A stretch of 64,000 bases of DNA, from assembly GCA_013239625.1 (NCBI GenBank), contig MU054323.1:16930029-16994028 (forward strand). Direction: 5' to 3'. Shown here piece after piece: positions 13,082 to 25,422 of this stretch. Each line of letters starts with the position of its first letter. Positions within the stretch are counted from its first letter, which is position 1. The stretch is from Lama guanicoe. Taxonomy: Eukaryota. The notes below the pieces were generated by a model. The model was not told the DNA's origin, did no database searches, and worked only from the letters and a program-made list of their open reading frames with translations. Both the position numbers and the translations under genes were made by a program.

Positions 13082-13422
13082 AAAAACAAACAAACAAAGC
13101 ATAAATACAAAACAGAAATAGACTCATAGACATAGAATACAAACTTGTGGTTGCCAAGGGGGCAGGGGGTGGGAAGGGATAGACTGGGATTTCAAAATTT
13201 GTAGATACTGACAGGCATATGCAAAATAGATAAACAAGATTACACTGTATAGCACAGGGAAGTGTGTACAAGATCTTGTGGTGGCTCACAGTGAAAAAAA
13301 AGTGACAATGAACATATGTATGTTCATGTATAACTGAAAAATTGTGGTCTACACTGGAATTTGACACAACATTGTAAAATGACTATAACTCAATAAAAAA
13401 GTGTTTAAAAAAAGAGAGAGAG
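12206..13422 (+). mobile_element. 5'-truncated young L1 (ORF2 C-terminus, 3' UTR, A-tail) with 15-bp TSD
   Basis: Encodes the L1 ORF2p C-terminus; AATAAA near 13392; A-tail; TSD AGAGACTACAGCCTC (12191-12205) and AGAGACTACGGCCTC (13423-13437). Confidence 0.97.
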
Positions 13423-13484
13423 AGAGACTACGGCCTCCAAGTGGCCATAAGGAACTTTCTGGTGACCTGGGTGGAGGGGTGGAG

Positions 13485-13598
13485 TTCCCAGCCCCAGCTG
13501 GAGTTAGCTGGTCTGGAGTGGAGTCCGGGCATCCGTATGTTTTTCAAGCTCCCCAGGCGATTCTAACGTGCAGCCAAGGGTGAGAAGCACTGGCCTAA
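13485..13598. mobile_element. MER5-type fragment
   Basis: GTTTTTCAAGCTCCCCAGGCGATTCTAACGTGCAGCCAAGGGTGAGAAGCACTG. Confidence 0.7.
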
Positions 13599-14769
13599 GC
13601 CTTGCTTGGCTCCGGTGAGGAGGTGGTGTGATGGGGTGGAGGGAACCCTGGCATGGCTCTCAGGGGAGTCACGGAGGAGAGGGAAGTCTCGAGAGGACCA
13701 CGACAGGGAGAGCTGCGAGTTTTCAGAAATCACCTACTGATGCTTTTTAAACCTAATGCTTTTCAGTCATCCATTCACTCACAACACTGACAGCAGTTGG
13801 TTCCAGGGAAATAAAGATGAATGAGGCCCAGTCCTTGCTCCCAGGGAGCACTCAGTCTAGTAGGGGAGACAGACACATAAATGTAACTGTGGCACAGAAG
13901 CTGGTCATGGACCCTGTACATACTCCATTACTAGGCCCCAAAAGGCACCCCAATCTGGGGGTGAGGGGCAGGCTCACCCTACTGTCAAGCATGCTGGGAA
14001 AACTTAGGAGCTAAAATATCCAAGGAGAGCTTGGAAGGAGGGCCTGGACAGGGGAAAGGCAAGAACCCCCTGGCCTTTCTGGGCTCACTCTCCAGAACCT
14101 GTATCCCAAGAAGTTTGGGAAACAGGTACATTCAGAGCTACTCTATTGGACAGCCCCAGGGGGGTGCCATTTGTGTTGCATTTCATGAAGACACTGCCTG
14201 CTAGAACTGTGCGCTCAGCTGGCCCTGATGACGGTGGTGAGGGAAGTTGGCTCTGAGCAGAGGGGCCCACGACTGTTAGGCTGGGAGGTGCCTCTGCCAT
14301 TTGACAAGGAAGCCCCTGTAAGGAAACATGGGAAAAGATCTGGGTCTCTGGGTTCTGAGAGCTGCCATGTCTAGAAGCCAGCAAGAGGGCTCTCTATTTT
14401 CTTCCCATTCTCCCAGAGCTATCAGTGAAGTAGAACTAAGGACAGGTCTGTGGCCACTCTTCGAGCTGGCATGGTACCCAGACACTAGCATCCCCTGGGG
14501 CTAGGGTAGTTGTGGCTTCCCCAGAACTGCAGGGGGAGTCACTGCAGCATGGGCAGTGACCCACGGTGATGAGTCGTGAGACCTCACCTGAAGACCCACT
14601 GAAAGAGACTAGGTGGAAGGGGACCCAGAAAGACAACTTGAGGTCCCGCCACCATCCTGGTGGGGATGTGCAGCCAGTGGACTTTAAATATTAATGTGAC
14701 CTCATTTGTTCCCATAACCTGGTGAGGGCTGGGGAAGTGTGGCTTGGGTTGGGGACAGTCAAGTGACAT

Positions 14770-15130
14770 TTAAGTATTGCATGAGATAATAAAGGACAGT
14801 ATATGAACAAGGAGAAGCCCCAAGGAGAATGGTATCCCTGAGCAAAGGGTCAGGAATGTCAGGAAAAGCCTCTCAGCAACACTCTCTGAGCTGGGTCTTA
14901 AAGGATGAACGGGCTTCAGCAAAGAGGACTGAGAGAAGCAACCCAGATCAGGGGACAGCGTGCACACAGGCACGCGGCAAGAGCCTTCTTCAGCTGGGAC
15001 CTAGAGAGGCAGGTGGGGTCACACCGGGATGCCAGCGAAGCGTACACCAGCTTAGAAGTGTGGACCTTGTCTTGCAGTGGATGAAGATCCCCAAAGAATT
15101 CTAATCAGGATCATGCTGTAATCTGATAGG
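14770..15130 (-). mobile_element. L2 fragment
   Basis: GTCAGGAAAAGCCTCTC...TGAGCTGGGTCTTAAAGGATGAA, an antisense L2 motif. Confidence 0.6.
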
Positions 15131-17744
15131 TGGAAAATCTGTCCAGCAGCTGTGGGGCCCTGGTAGGGGAAAGACTTGAGGACACCAAGAAATGTTCCCG
15201 CCACCTGTGTCACATCCTGCTTCTGGAGAAAAGGAGGAGAGAAGTGGGTGCCTGTTGAATTGCCAGCCACCCACTATTTCTCCACAGCTGACAGCGGAGC
15301 TGGCCGTGACCTCTCCTGTACTCCCCATTGCTCACCACCATCAAACAGAGGCTGGCTTTCAATTTCCAGGCAATGCAGAAACCTTGCCTTCCTTCCCTCT
15401 GATTCAGCTTATAAAATAGCTATCTCTACAGCCCAAGGTAAAACAAAAGGAGCTTCGCTTTGAACTTCAGGGGTGTGCTTCCCACAGGGGAAGTGAGGGC
15501 TGGCTAAGCGAGTTCCTCACCCGCCTCCCACCAACTCACTCTGACTTTCCTTTGATGGTCAAACCCATTTCTTGGGACCCCCAGAGTGATTCCCATCACG
15601 GCTGGGGTCAACCTGCTGCCTCCTTCCCCACCAGAAAGCAGCATGGGGCCCCTGGGCCTGTTGATTCAACAACCATTTCTAGACTTTATTTGCTCAGATC
15701 AAGAAAAGACAGAAAAACAAACTAAACTCTTTGACTGTGAGAAGACACAGACACGCGGACACCATGCCGGACAAAGTGAATGTCAGAGAGAAGCATTATT
15801 TATTCAACTGTCTGGACTAGTGGCTGCCAGACAGCTATTAGAACAGAAATCATGCTTTTGGGCGACTGTGTCTATTTATGTCATGGGGAGCCTCCACAGA
15901 GAGCCCAGATAATGCTGTTATCTTCACCCACACGAGCCAAATGTTTGGATAAATAAAGATGTTGTATGAAATTCCCTATCTGTCACTTTTACACAAATTG
16001 ACATAGAATGGAACACTGTTCGATTGTGTTCCATTTCATGGCTGCGTGGTTTCCGAGGCCAAGGAAAGAGGAAGGAGGCGGCTTCCTGGGACTAGGGATC
16101 CATGCAAGAATATGTTTGCTTAACCTGTCACCCTCCTCTTTGCCTCCTCTGTGTGCCACCACCAGGTCCTCCCCCAAGTCCATGGTTCATTGTACATGAG
16201 GTAACCGAATCCTTGAGAGGTTGCTAAAATTGTCCACCTGTAACTAATGTTTTAATCTAAACTGACCTAAATACTCAGGTCAGCGTACATCAATCAAAGG
16301 GAGTCTTTTAATAAAAGGGAATCTTGGGCACACCAGTCCCACTGGCAGCCACTTTCTTAGACTGTCTACTTTTGTTCCACTTTGGTGTCCAGCTTGTTTG
16401 AGACCCTTTGGGCTTTGCGTCTTGTTCCCAGATCCCTGGAGAATATAATCTAACTCTGCTCCCTTGCTGTGACTGTCAGCAATGGACTTGCACGAACCCT
16501 GAAGCTCCCCTGGGAACACAGTCCAGCCTACAGGCACCAGCGAGCCCCTTGCTGGGCAAGTTCCAATTTCCCACATGGAAGGTTGGACAAAAACAGAAAA
16601 TAAGTCAATTGTTACAACCAGAAAAGGCAATAACTCAGCCCTCCCTACAAGCCCACCTCATTCAGGCGTCTAGCCACAACACAGAGAACCAAAAGCAGCC
16701 AACCTATTGTACCAGACAGGCTACACAGCCAACGAGCCCCACTAAGGGAGGCCACTTTTTGAAAAGCAGCTGCACGCAGACATGGCATACACATGTCCTC
16801 TCTACCACCTGTCTGAGCCTTTATGTGCAGGTGCTCACCCTAAGGTAGACTGAGCACCTAGTGGTCACCTTTTATCTCCCCCAAATCATTCTCCTTTTGG
16901 AACCAGGAGCCAATTTCTATTCAGAGGATTTGGGATGAGGCTGGTGAATAAGTTAGGACTAATTCAAACTAGTTTAAACAAAGAACAGATCGTGTTAGAT
17001 GGACGCTGGGGGCATTTATAGGACCCAAGGAAGAATAAAAGAATCCAGTTGTAAGAAAGGCTGGGATGCAGCTGAGCCTCACAAACAATGAAAACCAAAG
17101 ATCGCGTTTCTGCCAGTATCTGCCTCTTCCTACAGGAGATCAAGTTCCTAATCATCTCTGGAGACCAGCTTTTTTCTCACGGTGGAAGACCCGGCCACCA
17201 ACAGCTCCTGACAGTTTCATTCTGCAGCTTCATTTACTGGAGAGAGGACCTCCATCCCACTCCCTCTTGGTCTGCTGCTGTCCTAAACTTTCAGAAGAGG
17301 ATCATTAGTCCATTTTGCAACATGAACTGCTCCCACTGCAGGCCCTGGTTGGAGCCAGGGGCACGGCGTGGCAGAGCACGGCCTGAGAGCCCCCCAAAAG
17401 GGAATTGCCGCAGTTGGTCAGAATAAGCGAGAGTCATCGCTTCAACTTGTTCCTGAGCTCCACCAGTCCCAGGCCCATCGAGCAAAATGAGAATTTCCCT
17501 GTTATGTCCGAGCTACATTGAAAGACAGAGGCTGCAGTTTGGTTTAGATAAGCCAGTGTGGAATCCTTACCGCTTACTGGCTTATAACATAGACGATCTC
17601 TTTTCTCTCACTGGGCAATGGAGAAAAAAACTGAGCTGCCAGTCTGAAGAGTCCCTGTGTCTCAGACAAAGACCTCATTCTGTATTCTGGATGAGGCCCA
17701 TCCTTGACAAATGGCAATGTGAGAGAGAGGTTAAGCTCATTGGT

Positions 17745-17910
17745 TCTGGAGTTAATTAAGGGCTGAGTTCAAACGCCTGCTCCAACATGTATAAACTCAG
17801 TTTTATCATCTGTAAAGGAAGATGGTTGACACCCACCTCCTGGTGTTGGAGTGACAATTTGAGACAGTACCCAAAGAGCGCCCCGCACGACACCTGGCAC
17901 ACAGAAGGTC
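17745..17910 (+). mobile_element. MIR fragment
   Basis: CTCAGTTTTATCATCTGTAAA...CACCTGGCACACAGAAGGT. Confidence 0.6.
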
Positions 17911-18029
17911 TGTCACGTCTTCAGTGATGTTCTCTGTCCCTTCCTGATGTCTTCTTCATTTCCCTCTCCGACCACTCGCTCTGCTTCCAGGTTTGCTCCC
18001 TACCTGTTCTTCCTGTACAAGTGATTTCC

Positions 18030-18560
18030 CCGAGGGATCTTTATGAAATATACATCTTTGCCCCAATTTAAAATCCTTCATGATGCATTAAAACAGTCAA
18101 GACAAAGTTGAACTCTAGCATGGGCCCCAAGGCCACTCTCAGTTTGGCCCTGCTGACCTCTCCCACCTCACCTTGCCTACTCTAAGCTCTCACCACGCTG
18201 AATCACCTGCTATTGCCCAGACATGCCATGTTCTTTCACTGCTATGCCTGTCCCTGTGCGCTGTCCCCTCTTCCTGCAGTGTCTTTCCCCTGGCTATCTC
18301 CGACTAGCCTAGCTAAGCGATTGTCAAGATTTGTGTGATCAGGAGATTCCTGGAAATTTCTGTGGACCCCAGACCCCTTTATGAATTAGATATGCTTCGC
18401 CTGACTCCACTGACGCCTGTGTATGCCTCTATCAAAGTTCTAATTACACTGTATTTATTTGTTTGTCTTGGCTATTAAATTCTGAGTTTCTTGAGGGCAA
18501 GACTGCATTTCCAGCACGAAGCACAGAGCCTGTCATGAAACAGTGTTCAATAAAGTCTGA
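18030..18560 (+). mobile_element. L2 3' region
   Basis: TTTAAAATCCTTCA...CTGAGTTTCTTGAGGGCAAGACTG...CCAGCAC...TTCAATAAA. Confidence 0.75.
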
Positions 18561-20849
18561 CTGCTGAAACACCAGTGACATATTTGTGAAGCCACGTGTA
18601 CTGGAAGGAATGAAGATGAAATATACAGTCCTTTTCTCCAGGTGGCTGGGTGAGCCAGCTGGGCATACAACCCATGACCTTGGCCACAACAACCCAACTG
18701 GCACATCCAACTGCTCCACAGGAAACAGAATCTAGCACTGGGTATAAAATACTAGATCTTAAAGCTGAAAACCTACCTGTGAAGTCCTTACTTCTTATAT
18801 CTTGGTCAAAATGCTTAACTCTGTTTCCCTCACCTTCAAACAGAGTTCATAACTTTGTTATCAATGAGAATCAATGAGACAAAGACTATAAAATTTAAAA
18901 GTACCATTGAAATGCTTCATGCCATTTCAGCAGATGGCAAATATCCCCAGCTCTAAACCGAGGTTAGTCCTTGTTCCTACATATCAAATCATTGTCTGTT
19001 ACAAGATAATGCTGGTCATCATTTGTGTCTGTCTGGGTATTGCATCTCAAGTGGAGACCTGGGTATACACTTCACACCCCCCATGACTTTTAGACTTTAC
19101 AGTACTCACTGGAGCCTGGCTGTGGCCCAGCACTGTCCTTAGGGGCCATGCTGTGAGATCAGGTCCCAAGCAAAACTCCTCTAATGAGCTCTTCCTGGTA
19201 CAGCCAACAAAAACAACCCTCAGATAAGATGTAACCTCTTCTTATGCAGACTCCTACGCTTTCGCAGGTCACCCTCTAGTGAGATGAGTAATAAGAGAAA
19301 AAGCTGAAAGTAACTGTGAGAATAAGGTCTGCTTACTCATCTATAAGGATTATGTACTGGGTTTTAACAATACATGTATTAAACATTGCTAAGCTTCTTC
19401 CTGCTTATAATTATTAACAAGTTGCAGAGGGACTCATGATAATTGTCCTCTGGGAATATTACTCAGATAGTGCACAACTCTAAGAAGGTGACCTAATTCC
19501 TAAGGTCAGGTGATGTTGAGCAGGGATGTCAAAGTATGCAGAACAGAAAATAATTAATGAGGTAACCACGAGCAACAGGGCCATAAATTCATCTGAGAGG
19601 TTTGAATGAATTCAGGAAGAAAGAACCACAGCCTCATTAAGATTTGCACATTTCTAATGTTTGTTCTGTTACTGGTGGTGCAATTGTGGTTAGCTTTCCC
19701 TAGGTGACCAGCATATGGAACCCAGGGTGTCAACCTGGGGCAGAGTGGAAGTCAGCGAGCCTCCGCTCATTGCATAAACACTCAGGAAGCACTCACCGAA
19801 CACTTGGCACAGTAGCAGGCCTATTCAGATAAGTTCCCGGCCCCAAGGAGGAGGTGCTGTGCAAACCAATGAGATAAAGGCAGTTCCAAGTCTGCAGAGA
19901 GTCCCAGGACAGCCCAGAGAAAGGAGTGGCTCATTCTTCCTGGGAACATTGGAAAGGGTATCTTTGAGGACACGGCCTTCAAGCTAAGTCTTGAAAAGCT
20001 CCCCTGGCTGAGAAGTGAGGAAAGGGCATTCCAGGCGAAAGAGAAAAAGCAGGCGCTGTAGAATCTCTCTGCTTGTCTGGAGCCAGAGTGGGCCCCTACA
20101 GCGTGTGGGCCGGGCAAGCTGGCCGCAAACCTCAAGGTCAAGCTAAACAACGAGTAGGGAGAGCCACAGAGGACTGCCAGCCAAGCCCTGGAGAGAGACA
20201 AAGTCCAGGCCGGTTGGCGACAGAATCAAAGGGTCAGAAGCTGGCGGATCAGGAAGAGAAGGAGGCTCCTGTTTATTGGTGGCAGCTAATAAGCGGGTTG
20301 GGCTGGTTCAGAACAGACAAATTTGCAGGCCCAAGGGCGGGTGTCTGGGGAACAGTAAGTAACCAGCAAAACTGGAGCGTGTGTTTGCAGGGGAAGTGAA
20401 GAGGCAGGAGGATGACCCAGCAAGAGGGGCATGGGCCAGTCATGGCGGGTCTCCCCTGCTGACTGAGGCCTGGGCTTCATGTGGGAGTCAACAGGGAAAT
20501 ATTACAGTATTGCAAGCTGGGGAGTCTCTGCATCAGAGAATTCCAAAGGGCCACAGCACCTCGGGTCCTACAGCCACAGGCTCTGTCTTATCCGTGGCCA
20601 GCAGGTGCTAGGTGAGCTTTCGTGGACTATGCAAAGCTGGCAGGCTCTAATGGCTTTAAAAACTGCTTGTTTGGGCTATTTTAGAAATAACTAAAATATT
20701 TATTATTTAAATAAATTGCTGGATGTGTAAAAATTTGAGTTTGGTGTCGGCTATCTTCTGAGCTAACGGGTCCAGCCTGCAGTGAATAAACCAGCCAGGG
20801 GCCAATACACAGAGGTCGTCTTTGATTCATTCACAGAACACAGCCCTGG

Positions 20850-21200
20850 CCTCCGGACCTCAGCTCCACTCCTCCCACTTCTCCTGCCTGCTCTGTACCC
20901 AGGCAGGAAGGCTCCCACGAGACTGACTGATAGCTGGGTTTGGCCAATGGGAGGCACTGGCAGAAGAAAACAGGAGAAAGGGAGAAGCTGGGGCATTTCT
21001 CCCCACTTTTCTGTCTTGGGCTGCATTAACTCACCTCCTCTCTTCCACTGTCCCTCCAGGCTAAGGATGGTAGTGACATCTGACTACTGCCAATCTTCCA
21101 CTTGTCTCCTTGCTCTTTGCTTGGTTTCTCAGTGTCATCCAGCACCTGTGTAACTGATTCTCCCCATTCAATTCCCACTGTAAACACTCTGCGTGATTAC
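20850..21200 (+). mobile_element. LTR33-like ERVL solo LTR remnant
   Basis: GCTGGGTTTGGCCAATGGGAGGCACTGGCAG...GGGGCATTTCTCCCC...AGGATGGTAGTG, recalled LTR33 hallmarks. Confidence 0.65.
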
Positions 21201-21789
21201 ACAATGCTAGACACAAACTCTTAGTTCTCCCCAGGCCTCCAAATTATGGTAATAACAGGGAGAGCCTTTAACAGAGACAACTGATATTTTCACAATCTTA
21301 CCTAAAATGTGAGAAAGACATCTGTTAAAAAAATGTTTCCCTTTTTAACTGTCTAAAGAACATGATCTAAGGTATAGGATGTTAGCAGCCTCAAGATAAG
21401 GCCCCCAGATTGCCTATCCCCCTTCCATCCACATGTAAGCCCTCTTGTGTGGAAATCCTGCAGCCACCCTGTTCACAGCGATCGCGTCATGAGGCAGCCC
21501 ACGATAGAGGAGGTCCATGAGTTCATACTCGGGCACCGCGGAGAGGGGAGGGGTAAGGCCACCTTCAACCTAGCAAGGAGGAAGTTGTGATTCTGAGTGG
21601 GGGCGCAGCTCTTCCAGACTATAGAACATCAACACTTAGGAATCTGATTCTCTTCTGAGAAGTCTCTGCCTCTTAAAATTGGCCAGCCTTACTAGTCAAC
21701 CAAGATCCACTTTTATACCTTCTTCCTAAGACCAAGAATAACAGTAAAATCACCCATGGTCCCGTAGACCAGAGACACCTCCTGCTAAC

Positions 21790-22180
21790 ACCTTGAAATA
21801 TCTCGATTTTAGATTTTTTTCCCCTGTAAGTGTATAATGGTTCTTTTACTTAAATAGGAGGTTGTTCTAGAATCTGATCTTTTCCACTCAGAGTATTGTG
21901 AACATTTTCCCTAATCTATTACAAATCTGTATCATCATTTTTAGTGATGCAGAGTGTTCTAGAAGATATGGATGTCTTACCATTTCATTTACCGATCCCC
22001 TTGAATTTCCAGTATTTCCCTGAAATAAACAATGTTTTGACAAACATTCTTGTGAACACTCTTAACAGTGTCTTCAGTATAAATGCCTGAAAGTGGAATT
22101 TCTTGAACAGAAGGTAGGCACATTTTAATATTTACGGCAATTTTGCCAAATAGCCGCAGGGAGGTTTGTGCTTTGTTTTG
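21790..22180 (-). mobile_element. Ancient L1ME-like fragment
   Basis: AAATGCCTGAAAGTGGAATTTCTTGAACAGAAGGTAGGCACATTTTAA...TTGCCAAATAGC, antisense L1 ORF2 end and 3' UTR. Confidence 0.65.
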
Positions 22181-22434
22181 TTTTAGTTGTTTTTTAAGAT
22201 TTTGGTTCTTTTCAGATAACAAATACCAGTGCTAGTAAGATACAGGAAAAAAAAAAATGACCACACAACTAAATTATAATTCCTGGAAGGCTACGTTCAT
22301 CTTGGTATCCTTCAGAGTGTCTAACCACCACAGTGCAATAAATGTTGGATTTGAAAGATTCACAAGAGCACAGTCAATCTCTATTAATTATTTTCTCAAA
22401 ATAAAGGCATACCAAGTTCTACAACATTTAGTCT

Positions 22435-22615
22435 GGTGGTTCTCACCCTGACTGCATGTTAGAGTCATCGAGGGAACTTTTCAAAGTTATAGGAGCCTGG
22501 ACCCCACCCTTAACCACTTAAATCAGAATCTTGAAAGGAGTAGCGGGCAGTCCCAGCATCAGTGTATTTCCAAAGGGCCCCAGAGAATTCTAATGTGGAG
22601 CCAGGGTTAGAAACG
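22435..22615. mobile_element. MER5B-like remnant
   Basis: GTGGTTCTCACCCTGACTGCATGTTAGAGTCA...AAATCAGAATCT...TTCTAATGTGGAGCCAGGGTTAGAA. Confidence 0.75.
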
Positions 22616-23739
22616 AATAATCCTTAAACATGGCAGATAATTGAAAAAGGAAAAGTGGTTTTGTTCCTTCTCCCTAGTCATCATGAAGAATATAAAAATA
22701 ACAGAAATGAGAAAACCAGCAATTTGGAGACTATGAGTACCCAAGGCTGATTTCATGATATTTAACCCAAGGGAGCCAGTTTAATATCTTTTAAGGGCAG
22801 TGTGTTTTCCTCTGCACCCAAAACGCCAAGCTCTCAGGAAAACTCTATCTTTTTGTTCTCCCTATATGGAAACCAGGACACAACAGATGGCAGGATAATG
22901 GATCATGTCTGCTCAAGTGAGAGCTGCTTTTATTTGCGAGACATCAAATTCATACTGACTGCAGGGACAGGATGACGTGATTTATTTCAAATGAAAATGG
23001 AGGCATCACGGGCTCTGTCTCTGCTCATCACCATAGGACAGAGTCTCATCTGTGATCGGGACACAGTGGATTAGTAGTGACAGAAACTGTTTGCAGAGGC
23101 TGCAAGAGGCCGCTCTTGTTCTCGGTGACTAAACGTCAGAGAAGCCCCACATGCCCAACTCAGAAGCCCGAATTTCACAGCAGTGACGTTTTCCACCCCG
23201 GGTCCTGCTCCTCCAGGTCAGTCAGCAAAGCACAAGGGAAGCACCACTTCTGCTTATTTTTTTACTATTAACACTTGAATTACATACTCCTCTGTGTGCT
23301 CTCAAAAGTGCCGCCTGGCATTTTGAAAAGAAAACCTAAGAGGTACAGCCCATTCGTCTTGAAAAGAAATCATCCCCAGTGCCAGGAAAGCAGCCCAGTC
23401 CCTGACTCTCCGGGATCCCTCGTCAGCTCAGCGGTGAGAAATGGTGAGACATCGGAGGGAGTCTGGCTGCTGTGGGAACTGCTCCCAGCTTCTTCCGGAG
23501 GCTGGCTGACAGAAAACCCCACCCCGTGGGAGAGGGAGCAGAGGAGAAACAGCCCAGGGAAGAACACGAGGGGCCCACGAACAACAGCTCCTGTCCCCCA
23601 CCTGTCAGGTCAAGAGCAGAAGTGAGCCCCAGTGGCCGGGAGCACTCCCCACCCCTCGCCCCCCAGCCCCTCTTCCCACCCTCCACCAGCCTGGGAATGC
23701 TAATGACAGTTCAAGAAGGGTCAGTGATGTGGAAGGGCC

Positions 23740-23890
23740 TTAGAAATCTGGTTCAGAACTCTCAATTTATAGATGAGAAAATGAGGCCAGGGAGGAACAA
23801 TCAACATGCCCAAGATCCTGCAGTGACTCAGTGGCAGAGCCTAGGATTCAGGTCTCTTGAGTCTCAGGCTGCTCTGCTTTGCCTCACGTA
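23740..23890 (-). mobile_element. MIR fragment
   Basis: TTTATAGATGAGAAAATGAGGCCAG...GTGGCAGAGCCTAGGATTCAGGTCTCTTGAGTC. Confidence 0.75.
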
Positions 23891-23894
23891 GTCC

Positions 23895-24085
23895 GGTAGT
23901 TCTCAAGCTTGGCTTCACATTAGAATCACCTGGGGAGCCTTATAAAAAATATATATAAATAAACAGCCCTGCCCGGCCCCATCCCCAGAGATCCTGGGTT
24001 CTCTGGCCCTGGGTGGGGCTTGGATGTGATCATTTTATAGCTGCCCAGGTGACGGGTGTGCCACCAGGACTGAGAGCCCCTGCAC
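23895..24085. mobile_element. MER5B-like remnant
   Basis: GTAGTTCTCAAGCTTGGCTTCACATTAGAATCACCTGGGGAGC...CCCCAGAGAT. Confidence 0.75.
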
Positions 24086-24119
24086 CCCTGCCTAGCTTGA
24101 CGCAGCTGTCTGTTCCTTT

Positions 24120-24870
24120 TGTTCCATGATGAGCCTAGCCCTTGCTAGGGGCTGGAGTTGCAAAAGTGAATCATACTCAGCTCTTGCCCCAAAGCTGCTC
24201 AGTATCTGACAGAGGAGCCTCCTGTGAAGAGCTCATGCCAGCAGCAGGGTAACACTATAAATATAAATAAGTAACCACAGCGATGAACTCTGTATAGGAA
24301 GGCTGAGGGAGGTGATATGTGAGTCCACATTTAAAAGATGAGTATGAGTTTGCTAAGAGGACAAGATGCAGAAGGGTTTTCCAAGGAGAGGAGACAGCAT
24401 GCGCAAAGGCCCAGAGGCATGAAGTGACATGGTGCATTTGTAGTTTGGTGTATCTAAAGCAGGGTGCAAGGTGAGAGCAGTGGATACAGAGCTAAGGAGA
24501 TAGGCAGGGACTGGATCCCAAAGGCCCCTATGATATAAGCCATTCTAAGGGATTGGGGACTATCTGGAAATGATGGTGAGCCACTGAGATAAGTCACGCA
24601 GAAAACTGACAAAGGACAACTTGCATTTTAGGAAAATCAACCTAATGGTGATATGGATGATGAATTAGAAGGAGAAGAAGCCGGGGGCAGGGAGACCAGT
24701 TGAGAGAGGAAGCAAAGAGATGACGAGGGCCTGATGAGGTAGGCAGTGGCCAAGAGGACTGAGAGCCGAGGACGGGTAACACCTGAATTCTGAACTCTGC
24801 CCCCGATGCACTGCATTTTCGAGGTGGAATTGATAGGATGAGGTAGTTGGTTGGCCAAGGGGTGACAAGG
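24120..24870 (-). mobile_element. L2 fragment
   Basis: TTTAAAAGATGAGTATGAGTTTGC...ACAGCATGCGCAAAGGCCCAGAGGCATGA...TTGCATTTTAGGAAAATCA. Confidence 0.8.
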
Positions 24871-24899
24871 TCTGATTCCAACCTAACTTCCCCCGATTC

Positions 24900-25422
24900 C
24901 CCTTCATATACTCTGAACTGAGCTCATTCCCCCTTTCTTTGATTCTGCCGGTCCCTCAGCCTAGGATGCTGATCCCTCCTCCATCTCCAAATGTCCATAG
25001 AGGATACATCCTTTGGGTCTCAACTCAATGCTGCCTCCTTTGAAAATCTGGTTTTTGAAAGAAGAAAGGAGTGAAGTCCAGCAAGTTCATTCTATGTATT
25101 CTCAAGAATAGGTTGTTGTATCTGGCCCCCTGAGAAGTCTTCCTTCTCATCCTCACTGTCCTTCAAACCTCTGCTGAAAGTCACCTGTCCTGGGAAGGTG
25201 TCCTTGGCACCTGCAGATGTGGGTTGTGTCCCCATAACACTTTCTGCACTCCTCTGTCAGTATTTAGAGAACTGTCTCATGTTGTCTGTCATTATTGCTT
25301 TACACACGTGTTTTCTAGGATAAATAAACTCTTCTGAAAAACAGGGGCACTGTCTTCTGTCTCCTGTCCTAACATAGTGCACGGAAAAAAAGATACTTGA
25401 TAAAAGTCTGTCAAATGAATGA
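24900..25422 (+). mobile_element. L2 3' fragment(s)
   Basis: CTTCAAACCTCTGCTGAAAGTCACCTG...CCTAACATAGTGC...TGAATGA tail. Confidence 0.65.

Noticed and set aside
12217..13367. Hydrophobic minus-strand ORFs (120 aa and 100 aa)
   Set aside because: They are antisense translations of L1 ORF2 and its 3' UTR, a common artefact.
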